The notes below the pieces were generated by a model. The model searched no databases. It was not told the DNA's origin and worked only from the letters and a program-made list of their open reading frames with translations. From assembly GCA_951406725.2 (NCBI GenBank), contig OX597827.1:9238001-9302000 (forward strand): DNA of 64,000 bases, in the 5' to 3' direction. Positions 42,138 through 55,186 of this stretch are shown in pieces. Both the position numbers and the translations under genes were made by a program. Positions within the stretch are counted from its first letter, which is position 1, and the number at the start of each line of letters is the position of its first letter. Source of the DNA: Octopus vulgaris (lineage: Eukaryota).

Positions 42138-42522
42138 GTGGAAGCACTCCGTTGGTTACGACGACGAGGGTTCCGGTTGATCCGATCAACGGAACAGCCT
42201 GCTCATGAAATGAACATGTAAGTGGCTGAGCACTCCACAGACACGTGTACCCTTAACGTAGTTCTCGGGGATATTCAGCGTGACACAGAGAGTGACAAGG
42301 CCGGCCCTTTGAAATACAGGTACAACAGAAACAGGAAGTAAGAGTGAGAGAAAGTTGTGGTGAAAGAGTACAGCAGGGATCACCACCATCCCTACCGGAG
42401 CCTCGTGGAGCTTTTAGGTGTTTTCGCTCAATAAACACTCACAACGCCCGGTCTGGGAATCGAAACCGCGATCCTACAACCGCGAGTCCGCTGCCCTAAC
42501 CACTGGGCCATTGCGCCTCCAC
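42138..42522 (-). mobile_element. SINE family B, full length
   Basis: TSD tttctagtgtt; A box tggcccagtgg, B box gtttcgattcc. Confidence 0.9.
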
Positions 42523-43010
42523 TTTCTAGTGTTATATAAGGTGGTGAGCAGGCAGACTTGTTAGCATGCTGGACAAAAGGCTTAGCAGTATTTCGTCCAT
42601 CTTTTACATTCTGAGTTGAAATACTATCACAGTTGACTTTGCCTTTCATCCTTTTGAGGACGATAAAATAAGTACCAGTTGAATCCTGGGGTCAATGTAA
42701 TCGATTTACCCACTCCCTCAAAATGCCAGGTTTGTGACTATTGTAGAAAGTATTGTTCATAGCTCTATTCTTTTATTCTTTTATTCTTTTATTTGTTCCA
42801 GTCATTTGACATGCTGGAGCACTGCCTTTTTAGTCGGACAAATCGACCCCAGGACTTATTCTTTGTAAGCCTAGTACTTATTCTATCAACCTTTTTTGCT
42901 GAACCGCTAAGTTACAGGGATGTAAACGCACCAGCATTGGTTGTCAAGAGATGGTGGGGAAACAAACACAGACACACAAACATATACATACATATATATA
43001 AACACACACA

Positions 43011-43060
<50 letters not shown>

Positions 43061-43320
43061 GATCTGCTGTGCTTGAGGAGACCTATTGAGTCAAGTACAT
43101 CAACATCAAAATACTACACATATATTATATATATATATATGTACATTTATAGGAAGTTAATTATATGGCCAGTCATAAAGTGATCAATGATTTCACCTTG
43201 GCTTAGACCTACTTTTTTTAATGCCTTGTACTTATTCTATCGATCTCTATCCTCACTAAGTTACGTGGATGTAGACACTCCAATACTGGTTGTCAAGTGA
43301 TGGACACACACACACACACA

Positions 43321-43394
<74 letters not shown>

Positions 43395-43529
43395 CTACTT
43401 TCAATTTCTGTCTATCAAATCCACTCACAAAGCTTTGGTCGGCCTGAGGCTGTAGTAGAAGGCACTTGCCCAAGATGCCATGCAGTGGGACTGAACCCTG
43501 AAACCATGTGGTTGTGAAACAAGCTTCTT

Positions 43530-45524
43530 TATGTCATTAAATTGGCCATATAGGCCTTACAAAGCTTGTGGGCTGGACATGGACAAGATGAGATGAAATG
43601 AAACAAAATGATACGGATGAGAGGGATGTTGGCGCCCACCGACCGACAAACCCTCGAATGCAAAGTTTCTTACAAAAATTCTCTTTGTTAGGTCCTCCAA
43701 GCAAAGTGAATTGCTACCTGTGGACAACTCTGCATCGACAAATCAGGGCCTGCAAAGAGGAAAGCAAACTTTTCCTTGTCAAAGGTTGCTGTGACCTTTG
43801 ACAAAATTTTTCCAGTTACTACCTCCGCAGCCACATGCGGAGGCCATATCAGACTACTTGAGCAGACCGAGTACGCACGTTCTCGGTCACACAAGCCGTC
43901 CAAAAATTTACTCACTGTCCCTCCCTCGTGGTAAAGGAGGACAAACACTTCCTCTTCACAGGAAGGGACCTCACACTGCTCCATCAGTGGCACACTTCCC
44001 TATCCACAGAGCCCTATCCACAGGTGGCACACATCCCACCTGTGGCTCCGTCGGTGGCCCAGGAACATATGCAGACCGTCCTCTGCTCCTCTTTTTCCTC
44101 TTTCTTTTTGAGGCTGTGGGAGGAGGGGGCTGCGTCAACAGATGCAGGGGTGTCGCTACCCTCCTCCGCCGCCTGAACATTCTTTAGTGAGCAACCATTG
44201 TTGCTCACCTTTCTTTATCTTTTCGTGGAAGCAACTACCTCCATGACTTCCACCTTCTCTTTCTCATGCTCCAGGGCCCCGCCACGGCCCCCTGGACAGT
44301 TCCTTTTGATATGGCCAGGCTCCAGGCACAGGTGACACTTGAGGGGGGTGTCCCTCAAGTATTACCGGTTACCTGTACCCGGCCATTTTTAGGAAATGTG
44401 GGAACATCATGTCTCCCATGGCCACTGGGGTACACAGGGTCAAAGTTGCCTTTGATCCCTCCCAGTTGACTGCGGGAGCAAACTTCACACTCAATAGCCT
44501 GGGCCCCGCTATGCCCCAGGCCTCGCCGGATGGTCTTCTCAATCCATCCCACCTCCGTGCCCGGGGGCAGCCTGCATATCCAGGCTCTTCTTATCTTCCT
44601 CCCACAATACGTGGGTAGAAACAAAATTTCCTCACCCTCCAAGGGTTGACTAGCAAATTTGCGAGCCTCTTCAGGGGTATCAAATAGCAACCACACCGTT
44701 GCATATCTGACACCCCTGGAAATGAATTTAATTGTTGGCAAATACACTGCCAACTCCTTTTCAATTGCCATCTTTATGAATAGGGCGATGGTGTCGAGTG
44801 ATTTGGAGTAGGTTCTCAACACCACTGTCCTATCTTCACGGTCTTTCAACCACTTTTTGGGCGGTATCATCTCCCACTCCAAAACTTTGTCTTTTTTCAT
44901 TGCCATGTTTCTTTTTTTTTTTCTTTGAAAATATATTCAAAATAAAACTTAAAAAGCGAGAAGGAAAAAGAAATCAAAGAAAGTCACAATAAACAAAAAG
45001 GAGAAAGTCAAATAAAGTTTAGAAGAAAGTCAGTAGTTCAGGAACACAGCAAAAACTCTTCCAGCCATTCGGTACTCCCGGCTTAGGTTGAACCCGGAAC
45101 ACCACAACTTCCACAAAAATTGATATACAAATTGTTCAATCGTCGGAGGCAAAGACACTCCCCCAAACAGCAGTTCTCACAATTATTAAAGTTCTTCAAA
45201 AGGCACAATACAAGCAATAATTCTCATAATTAAGTGAGAAAAATATTCACTCAACATAAACCGAAGACAAATACACCCGCAAACAAAAATTCTCACAATT
45301 CAGTGAGAAAAATTATTTGCTCCATGTAGGCAGAACCAGAATTCTGAAGCTAGTAGGACTTTCTGCTCGTACAAAAACAATTCTCAACAAAAATTCCCAC
45401 TGGACCCAAAAAACAGAATCTTACCTTACAATGGAGCTTCAAAATTTTTCAATTCAAGACGGCTTCAGAAGCATGTCTCACCTCTTTGGTGCCGAACACC
45501 ACAATTATTCGCACATGCACAATG
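43530..45524 (-). mobile_element. ORF1-only (HAL1-like) non-LTR retroelement inserted in a SINE A
   Basis: TSD gaaacaagcttctt (43516-43529) / gaagcaagcttctt (45525-45538); ~600-bp 5' UTR, one gag-like ORF, no endonuclease or RT. Confidence 0.7.
43688..44906 (-). pseudogene. Disrupted L1/Tx1-type ORF1 (RRM-like region plus CCHC zinc knuckle)
   Basis: ORF 44355-44906 (VWLLFDTPEEARKF, ICRLPPGTEVGWI); after a frameshift, CHLCLEPGHIKRNC (CX2CX4HX4C) at ~44337-44296; further segments 44208-44014 and 43993-43688. Confidence 0.7.
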
Positions 45525-45629
45525 GAAGCAAGCTTCTTACCACACAGTCATGCCTTGTATGTATGTATGTATGTATGTATGTATGTATGTATGTATGTAT
45601 GTATGTATGTATGTATTTATGTATGTATG

Positions 45630-45675
<46 letters not shown>

Positions 45676-45852
45676 CATACGTACATAAATACATATATAT
45701 GTATAAATAAATGAAAGAATGGAGTCGAACGAAGATATTAACAAAATTCCTTTACTCTCAACACTTGTTTCGAACGTAAATTTTCGAACGTAAATTTGCT
45801 ACCCAGGTATCGGTTAACCAAATTTTCCATGCTAGGATAATTCATTCAACTA

Positions 45853-45899
<47 letters not shown>

Positions 45900-46033
45900 A
45901 CACCAAGACTACTTTTTTTAATGCCTGGTACTTATTCTATCGGCCTTTACCCCCACTAAGTTATGGGGATGTAGACACTCCAACACTGGTTGTCAAGTGA
46001 TGGGGGGACAAACTTGGACACAATGAGACACAC

Positions 46034-46223
46034 AGCAGCGACTCCATCAAAGAATGTCTGAAGAAAGAATTGTATTCCGAAATATCTTCGGACTATGGAT
46101 AACTAAATTACAGCAGGTATATTGTCCATTTTTTTTTTTATCATAGTGCATTGTTACACCATTCAAAACTTTTTATTCTTTAAAAACAATATGCAATGCT
46201 TCAAGCGAACTACAATACTCTTC

Positions 46224-46225
<2 letters not shown>
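46034..46225 (+). mobile_element. Penelope-like pLTR fragment with hammerhead core
   Basis: CTGAAGA (46058) aagaat-tgt-attcc GAAA (46079); the terminal aagcgaactacaatactc reappears inverted at 46553-46577. Confidence 0.6.
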
Positions 46226-46257
<32 letters not shown>

Positions 46258-46502
46258 GTCAAAAATTGTGAAGCATGACTGTCAACACTACTACATGAAC
46301 CCGAAGATTGCAGAATTCAATGCATGAAAGTACTAGTTCAATCAGAATGAATATTTAACATTCTACTATTTCATTTTATTTTATTCAATTATAATATATT
46401 ATCTTATAATATATCATTATAAGATTGTAAATAAAACGTGAAAATCAGACAAGGTTGGAATTCTTTTTATTAATATATTCTTCTATACACAATCACACAC
46501 AC

Positions 46503-46557
<55 letters not shown>

Positions 46558-46602
46558 AGAGTATTGTAGTTCGCTTATATATTATATTATATTATATTAT
46601 AT

Positions 46603-46642
<40 letters not shown>

Positions 46643-46989
46643 ATATAATATAATATAATATAATATAATATAATATAATATGATTTAATATAAATAATAT
46701 ATTTATATTATTAATATTATTATGATTGAATGCCATGCATCTATTTTCAAGTAAGTTCATCTATCTATCTATCTATCTCTATATATATATATATGCATAT
46801 ATACATATATATATATGTACATACCTACATATATATGTATATATACATGCATATATGGGTACAGGACATCAAAAAAACGTTGAACACAATGAGAAACAAA
46901 AACATAAATGATAATAATAATAACAACAACAACAACAACAACAACAATAATAATAAAAATGATAATAATAATAATAATAATAATAAATG

Positions 46990-47545
46990 CCCTGATGCAG
47001 TACAAGGCAGTGGCTCTCGTGGCTTCTGATCTAAACTGATTGGAAGTGTTATCATGTACATTGTTTTGTCTTGGTATAAAAGATGGGCTACAGCAAATAT
47101 TCTGCTCAATACCACAGATTTGCTTGTCAGTTGTTTGACCTTAACAAGTGGACCATGTCCCTTAGTGGATGATGATTTGTGCATCTCTGACCATGAGCAG
47201 AAGTAGTGGGGGAGCATCATAGCCATGTGTTGAGAGGGATTCTTTGGGGTTTGAATAATTCACCTCTGGAAACATGGGTGGTTCGTTCAACATCCTTAAA
47301 CAACCCTTATTCAGGGACCTTTTGAGTGGGATGGACTACTCAACCTGAAGAAAATTCTAACTGGGCCCCACCTGCAAGGTCATGTGCTGTTTATCTTGAT
47401 ATGAGATCACCATGTCACGCACCTATGGTTGTGATGCCTGTGCCTAGTGTACCCTTATCAGAAAGGGTAGTCATGGTGGGTATACTGGGCTTCGTATATT
47501 TTACCCCAGTGTCACTTTGATGGCATGCACGGCTCTCTCACTCAA
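46990..47545. mobile_element. Family D copy, opposite orientation to 30724
   Basis: Reverse complement of 30724-31277; (taa)n on both flanks. Confidence 0.85.
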
Positions 47546-47738
47546 TTATTATAATGATAATAATAATAATGATAATAATAATAATAATTAAAGTTATGTA
47601 TTGCCATTCGCATCAGTGTGAAGAATTTAAGGAAAAACATCAGAAAAGTTATTAACAAAAAAAATCAAGAAGGAAAAACAAATGGGGTAATATGGAAAAT
47701 TTAACTGGATATTTACAAATAACTTGTAAAAGAAGGAC

Positions 47739-47834
<96 letters not shown>

Positions 47835-48297
47835 TATTAATAATAATGATAATGAAATTATTGTATACAGTGCTCAGGTGCACCACAACTTGTCAAGTGT
47901 GCGTACGTCAATGTATATTGAAGTTTATCTATTCAAAAAAAATCTTTAAACTAATTTGGCCAATACATAACAGCATGGAAAAGGGGACATTAATAATGAT
48001 GTTGAAAATTATGTATGTGTAAATATTTATATATATCACTTGAATATAGCAAAAACATTGTCTAGTTTTCCTGGTTTTTTTTTTTATTATTATGGTATTT
48101 TAACATTAAAAAATATTTTGTGATGTTCATAAAGCTCAATTAACACCAGAGACCAATAAAATAAGTATCAGTCGTAAAAACAAAAAAAAAGTATGCTGAT
48201 CAATTCATTTGACTAAAATTTCTTCAAGGCAGTGCCCTAGCATGGCTGCCATCCAATGAGTGAAACATGTAAACGATAACAGATATGTGTATATGTG

Positions 48298-48316
48298 TAG
48301 ATAGACAGACAGACAA

Positions 48317-48413
<97 letters not shown>

Positions 48414-48550
48414 CAGATAGATTGACAGATAGACAGATAGATAGACAGACAGATAAATAGATAGGTTGATAGACAGATAGATAAATAGATAGATAGACAG
48501 ATAGACAGACAGACCGGCAGATAGACAGACAGATAGATAGATAGATAGAT
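48298..48550. repeat. (GATA/GACA)n microsatellite
   Basis: Visible directly. Confidence 0.95.
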
Positions 48551-48692
48551 TTATGTATAAAATGAAAATCAGCTAAGAGAAATAATTCAGTGGCCGGTGG
48601 CATAAACAACAAAGATGATTAAGGGTATTAAATAGCATACAAAATAAATTCTTGATTTATTAAAATTATCTCTGCTTTCAGAGAATGTATAC

Positions 48693-48779
48693 AAATTGCT
48701 TGTGGCTGTTAGCATCAGCTCCAAATGAGAAGGGGAGATAATCTCCAGAAAGAATCAATTCTTGATTCTTGACATGGAA
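48693..48779 (-). CDS. Weak candidate 87-nt exon ([29 protein letters not shown])
   Basis: catatag|TTCCAT...CAATTT|gtatac; open, phase 0 to 0; both splice sites are weak. Confidence 0.25.
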
Positions 48780-48867
48780 CTATATGTATATGTGTGCGTG
48801 TGCGCATGTAGATAATATATATATATATATATATATATATTTGTATATATATAAGTATGTTTGTATG

Positions 48868-48899
<32 letters not shown>

Positions 48900-48925
48900 C
48901 TAATGTGTGTGTATATGTATATGCA

Positions 48926-48977
<52 letters not shown>

Positions 48978-48981
48978 TCAC

Positions 48982-49012
<31 letters not shown>

Positions 49013-49249
49013 CTTTTATACACAACACACACATACATATATAAATATGTATAAATATCTATGTATATATATATACATACATATCATCTTCATTATTTAA
49101 TGTCTGTCTTCCATGCTGGCATGGGTTGGACGGTTTGACAGGAACCAGGTAGGTAGAAGACTACACCAGATTACTGTGTCTGCTTTGGCATGGTCTTTAC
49201 ACTGGATGCCCTTCCTAAAACCAACCACCCTGTAGAGTAGACTGGTGGA

Positions 49250-49464
49250 CTGGGTGCTGAAATGTTCCTGGCTTTCAGTAAAAGAAAATACAGGAGGATT
49301 AGTTAATTAGGATTTTGTTCAAAATATCCCCCCTCTCAGATTCACACACTTATTGCAGTGGTCCTTCAGCTCTTTTAAGCTCTGTGAAAGAATTCAGAAA
49401 ATTGGGCCTCCAAACAGACCGTTTATGATACCCTTATAGCGAGGAACTTTTTAGCACGCCCTCG
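49250..49464. mobile_element. mariner-like MITE
   Basis: Inverted ends gggtgctgaaatgttcctggct / agcgaggaactttttagcacgccctcg. Confidence 0.65.
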
Positions 49465-49482
49465 TGTGCATGCGTATATATA

Positions 49483-49527
<45 letters not shown>

Positions 49528-49533
<6 letters not shown>

Positions 49534-49655
49534 TTTATAGAAGGAGTTCTACAGGACTAGAACTGTTTCATTCAAATGAAATCATCAGGAAGCCTGATGA
49601 TTTCATTTGAATGAAACAGTTCTAGTCCTGTAGAAGCTCCTTCTATAAAATAAAT
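49528..49655. repeat. 128-bp palindrome with a hammerhead core on each strand (inverted Penelope-like pLTR)
   Basis: Arms of ~62 bp with a 3-nt loop (49590-49592) and one indel; CTGATGA at 49594 and GAAAC at 49613. Confidence 0.85.
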
Positions 49656-49741
49656 TCAATTTACTCTGCGATGTATTGAGTACCTTATTTACTGTGGTTA
49701 ACCCCGACTCAACCCGGGACCTACATATATATATATATATA

Positions 49742-49920
49742 TTTGGCGATTTTTTTTCCTCTGTCTTCCTTTCTCTGGATCTTTCCTTCTCCTATGTTTC
49801 CAACGAAGAGCTCCGCTCGAAACGTTAAACCCTCCTTCTTTCCTTCTTTCCTGAGCGTCCAATAATACTATATATGTTCCACGTCCTCACATTGTTCTGT
49901 TTTTTTGTGCTTTCTTGTAT
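49742..49920 (+). mobile_element. Penelope-like pLTR fragment with degenerate hammerhead
   Basis: gttt-CCAACGA-agagc-tcc-gctc-GAAAC-gtt-aaac; similar in layout to 22985-23195. Confidence 0.6.
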
Positions 49921-49958
49921 TTATATATGTATATGTGTGTGAGTGTGTGTGCGTGACA

Positions 49959-49990
<32 letters not shown>

Positions 49991-50139
49991 ATGTGTAGTT
50001 TTATATATGGTTTTAGTCGGACTCATGCTATAGTAGAAGTTATTTGCCCAAGGTGCCATGTTATGGGAGTGAACTAACAACCAGTTGGTTATGAAACAAA
50101 CTTTTTTGGCATAGATCCATATATATATATTAAATTCCC

Positions 50140-53078
50140 AAACCTTCCTAGGCGAAGAATGTACTCCACAACATAGACTGGTTGTTAGTGACTTTAGGAT
50201 CAGGACTAAGAGGATGACCAACATGGAAAAGAAGGGTCTGGAAGCTTAAAGATCCTGCGAATGGACAGAAATTTAGAGACATATTACTTGAAGCCTTTGA
50301 TGAAATAGAAGGGGATATAGCTTCACATGGGGTAGAAGACAACTGGCGGTTTCTAAGGGACAACCTGCTGAGAGCCACTGACCAGATCTGTGGATGGTGC
50401 AAAGTCCCCTCAAGACCCAAAATAACGTGGTGGTGGAACAATATTTTTGACAGGGCGATTAGACAAAAGAAACAGGCTTGGAAGGACTGGAAGAACGGTG
50501 GTAGCAGGGAAGTGTATCAGACTGCCAGAATGGAAGCTAGGAGGCAGGTGTATTTAGCCAGAGGGGAAGCAGATAAGAAAAAATTTGCCAATGTTCTGTG
50601 CCGTGACGACGAAAGACTTGAGGTATTTCGTGTGTGAGAGAGAATCGTGATGTGGTAGGAGAGAAATGTGTTCGCATGGATGATGGTTCACTTGCACTAA
50701 ATGAGGATGCAAAGAGAGTGGTTTGGAGATGCCACTATGAAAGGTTGCTGAATAAAGAAAATGAATGGGATAAAGAGAGTCTGCCAAATGTCGACCCAAA
50801 AGAGGGACCAGCTATCCATGTTAACAGTTCCTTGGTAGTCAAGGCAATTAGAAGCATGAAGACAGGGAAAGCCCCAGGCCCATCAGGAATTACTGCAGAG
50901 ATGCTCAAAATATCTGGCAGTGTCGGCTATAACCTAGTCACCCGTATAGTTAACCAGGTGATACATGAAGAAGTAAAACCCAATGACTGGTGTAGCAGCA
51001 TAATACTTAACTGCTACAAAGGTAAAGGTGACACCCTAGATACAAATAATTACAGAGGTATCAAGCTGTTAGATCAGGTAATGAAGGTTACGGAGAGGGT
51101 CATAGCCCAACTGATTAGGGAGAGAGTCAACTTGGATGAGATGCAGTTTGGTTTCGTGCCAGGGAAAAGCACCACTGATGCCATATTTCTGGTAAGACAG
51201 CTGCAGGAGAAATACCTAGCCAAAGATAAGCCCCTGTACCTGGCTTTCATTGACATGGAGAAAGCCTTTGACAGGGTCCCTCGATCCCTTATCTGGTGGT
51301 CAATGAGGACACTAGGGATAGATGAATGGTTAGTGAGAGCTGTGCAAGCCATGTACAGGGACGCTGTAAGGTAAGGGTTGGCAACGAGTAGACTGAAGAA
51401 TTCAAGGTAGAGGTTGGGGTCCACCAGGGTTCAGTCCTCAGCCTCCTCCTATTTATCATAGTCCTCCAGGCAATAACGGAGGAATTCAAGACAGGCTGCC
51501 CCTGGGAGCTCCTCTGTTCTGACGACCTTGCTCTAATTGCTGAGTCACTATCAGAACTAGAGGAGAAGTTTCAAGTGTGGAAACAAGGATTAGAATCTAA
51601 GGGCCTTAGAATCAACCTAGCTAAAACCAAAGTTCTAATAAGTAGGAAGGCAAGCAAACCACAAATCCCTTCAGGTAGATGGCCCTGCTCGATCTGTAGT
51701 AGAGGTGTAGGTAGAAACTCTATAAGATGTACCCAGTGTAAGCTATGGACACATAAGAGGTGCAGTAATATCAAAGGAAAGCTAACTGGGAAGATAGTTT
51801 TTGTATGTGGCAGATGCTCGGGAGCGATAAACACTGAAAGTGCGCAGAGACCAACTTCCGCCACATTCCAGGGAGAAAAACTAGAAGTAGTTAATAGCTT
51901 TCGTTATCTAGGTGACCAAATCAGTAGCGGAGGAGGGTGCACTGAAAGTGTAGCTGCTAGAATAAGAATAGCTTGGTCAAAGTTCAGAGAGCTCTTACCT
52001 CTGCTGGTGACAAAAGGCCTCTCGCTCAGAGTAAAAGGTAGACTGTATGATGCATGTGTATGAACAGCTATGCTACACAGCAGTGAAACATGGGCTGTGA
52101 CTGCTGAGAATATGCGTAAGCTCACAAGGAATGAAGCCTGTATGATCCGATGGATATGTAATGTCAGTGTGCATACTCAACAGAGTGTAAATACCTTGAG
52201 AGAAAAGTTGGGCCTAAGAAGCATTAGATGTGGTGTGCAAGAGAGATGTCTGCGCTGGTATGGTCATGTGGTGAGAATGGATGAGGACAGCTGTGTGAAA
52301 AAGTGCCACACCCTAGCTGTTAAGGGAACCTGTCGAAGAGATAGACCCAGGAAGACCTGGGATGAAGTGGTGAATTACAAACTCCGAACATTAGGCCTCA
52401 CCAAGGAAATGACTAGCGACCGAGACCTTTTGAAACCATAACCCGTGGCCTATGCTAGGAGCATAACCAGCCCACTTATGCGTAGCTTTTCCTTCTTTGG
52501 TCATTAAACTTTGCTTACAAAGACCTGTTGAGGCAAGTGAAATCAAAATCAAAATTAAAATCATTTCGATGGCAGGCATCCGTGCTAGTGGGGTGCAAAG
52601 AGCACCATATGAGTGTGATCGTTGACAGGGCAGCTATTCAAGTATGATTGTTACCAGCGTCGCCTTACTGGCACTTATGCCTGTGCTGGTAGGGTGCCAA
52701 GAATACCATCCAAGCGTGATTGTTGCCAGAGCAGCCAACTGGCTTCTGTACCCATGGCACATAAAAGGGCACCATTCGAGCGTGATCGTTACCAATGTTG
52801 CTTCACTGGCACCTGTGTCGGTGGCACGTGTAAAAAGATTCAAGCGAGGTCATTACCAGTACTGCCTGACTGGCCCCCATGCAGGTGGCACATAAAAAGC
52901 ACCCACTACACTCTCAGAGTGGTTGGCATTAGGAAGGGCATCCAGCTGTAGAAACTCTGCCAGATCAAGACTGGAGCCTGGTGTAGCCATCTGGTTGCCA
53001 GCCCTCAGTCAAAACCGTCCAACCCATGCTAGCATGGAAAACGGACGTTAAATGATGATGATGATGATGATGATGATA
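50140..53078 (+). mobile_element. 5'-truncated RTE-clade LINE; disrupted ORF2 (endonuclease end, RT, PHD-like insert), 3' UTR, (GAT)n tail
   Basis: QHRLVVSD, NYRGIKLL, QFGFVPGKSTTDAIF, FIDMEKAFDRVPR, GVHQGSVLS, LLCSDDL (YADD position), FRYLG, LRWYGHV, RPRKTW; several stops and frameshifts. Confidence 0.95.
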
Positions 53079-53250
53079 ATATATATATATATATTACAAA
53101 GTAAGATAGGGGTTATGAAAGTAACCCACTATGGGATATCAGTTATCCAATATACTGCTGGTAAAGTACCCAAATACTAAATACATGAATGCTTATAATT
53201 GCAATGCAATTAATTCATTTATTGTATTGAATGGTGGACGACGATGACGA

Positions 53251-53298
<48 letters not shown>

Positions 53299-53491
53299 TG
53301 CATGTGTGTTGATGCATCAATCTTAAGTTTCTCTAAACAGAAAAAAATATAATGCATTTATTTATTGTTTTTGGCCCAAAACACAAAAACCATACCAAAA
53401 TAATTTTATTTTTTACATGAAGTGTACAATAAATAACAATGTAAACTGACACAGAATAAGAGATTTTGATATTTTCACCACCACAAATTAC

Positions 53492-53596
53492 GTCCCTTGG
53501 TTTATATCCTGGCCATAAACTTATCAACTGCCTTTCGGCTTCCCATTGGTACAGCTGATTGCAGACGCTTAAGAAATAACTGGTTGGCATTTGATA
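53492..53596 (-). CDS. Candidate 105-nt exon (YQMPTSYFLSVCNQLYQWEAERQLISLWPGYKPRD)
   Basis: aatgacag|TATCAA...AGGGAC|gtaatt; open, phase 0 to 0; GC-richer unique island. Weak polypyrimidine tract. Confidence 0.4.
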
Positions 53597-53851
53597 CTGT
53601 CATTTATATATCATATGGGAAATGTTGGAATTAGTATTCAGCATTGAATATCATAAACTAAAATATAATTACTCCTACTATTTTATTTTTGACTACTGTA
53701 TTCATTATTTCAACAAAATAAATTCTTTTACTCATATATGTTTGTAAATGTGTGTGTGTGTGGTTTGTGTGTGTGTGTGCACATTTCTTTGAGTGCGTGT
53801 GTGTGCGTTTCTGTGAGTGTGTGTGCATTTCTGTGAGTGTGTGTGCATTTC

Positions 53852-53890
<39 letters not shown>

Positions 53891-54347
53891 GTGTGTGTGC
53901 ACATTTCTATGAGTGTGTGTGTGTGTGTGTGTGTGCATTTCTGTGAGTGTGTGTGTGCACATTGATATGAGTGTGTGTGTGTGCGTTTCTGTGAGTGTGT
54001 GTGTGCGTTTCTGTCATTGTGTGTGTGTGCAAATGCACATTTCTGTGAGTGTGTGTGCGTGTGTGCATTTGCGGAAGTGTGTGTGCTTGTGCTACATATC
54101 CATAAACATTTATACAAGTGTAAGTATATGCATGCAAGTGTGCATGTGTGTGTACACAAGTATGTATGTGCGTGCACACACGCACCAATGTGTTTACTGA
54201 ATAAATTATGGTGTATGATATTTTGATATAAAGCTAATTCAAAATATATGTACAATGAAACTTCTAAATATACTGATAACAATATAATGTGTATGTGCAA
54301 AAATATGTAATAAATAGATATATGAGTGTGTAAGTATACATACATAC

Positions 54348-54391
<44 letters not shown>

Positions 54392-54428
54392 TATATATAT
54401 ATAAACACACATGATCATATATATATAC

Positions 54429-54459
<31 letters not shown>

Positions 54460-54628
54460 CTATATATATATATGTATCTATATATTATATCTATATTTAT
54501 ATATATATATATATATATACATATATAATTTATAAATATATTATATATATATACATATATAATTTATAGATATATTATATATATATATATATACATATTT
54601 ATATTATATATACATATATAATTTATAA

Positions 54629-54659
<31 letters not shown>

Positions 54660-54702
54660 TAATTTATATATATATTATATATATATATATACATATATAA
54701 TT

Positions 54703-54755
<53 letters not shown>

Positions 54756-55186
54756 GGGTGTTTGTGTGTATAAGCAAATCCGCATATGCTTTCAATAAAG
54801 AAAATTATGAACATTGTTTTGAGATCGACAGAACCTTCCTCTTGTGTATCGCCTTTAAAGGCGAGACAAATCTGTTACCAAAAGCAACACACTCTGATTA
54901 TGTCCCCTTCTCTTTAAAACTGCATTGAAATATCTGTCTTCTTTGAATAGGCTTCTCAGCTATCCCCATGCTTTCACTCATTCCTTTGTAATTCATTAGT
55001 CACTTACGTTCAATGTAGCAAGACCTCATTTCTTGATTTTGTGCATTGATAATAATATAAATAGTAATATAATGAATAATATTTGTATTACAAACAACAT
55101 ACTATAATAAATAATCTTATAATCATCATATACTATACCTTATAAAATAAAGCTTAAACTTTTTTATAAAGAATATTTAAGTATTT

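Noticed and set aside
42440-42522. tRNA genes at SINE heads
   Set aside because: A/B boxes are present but no intact cloverleaf is evident, and each continues into a SINE body with TSDs.
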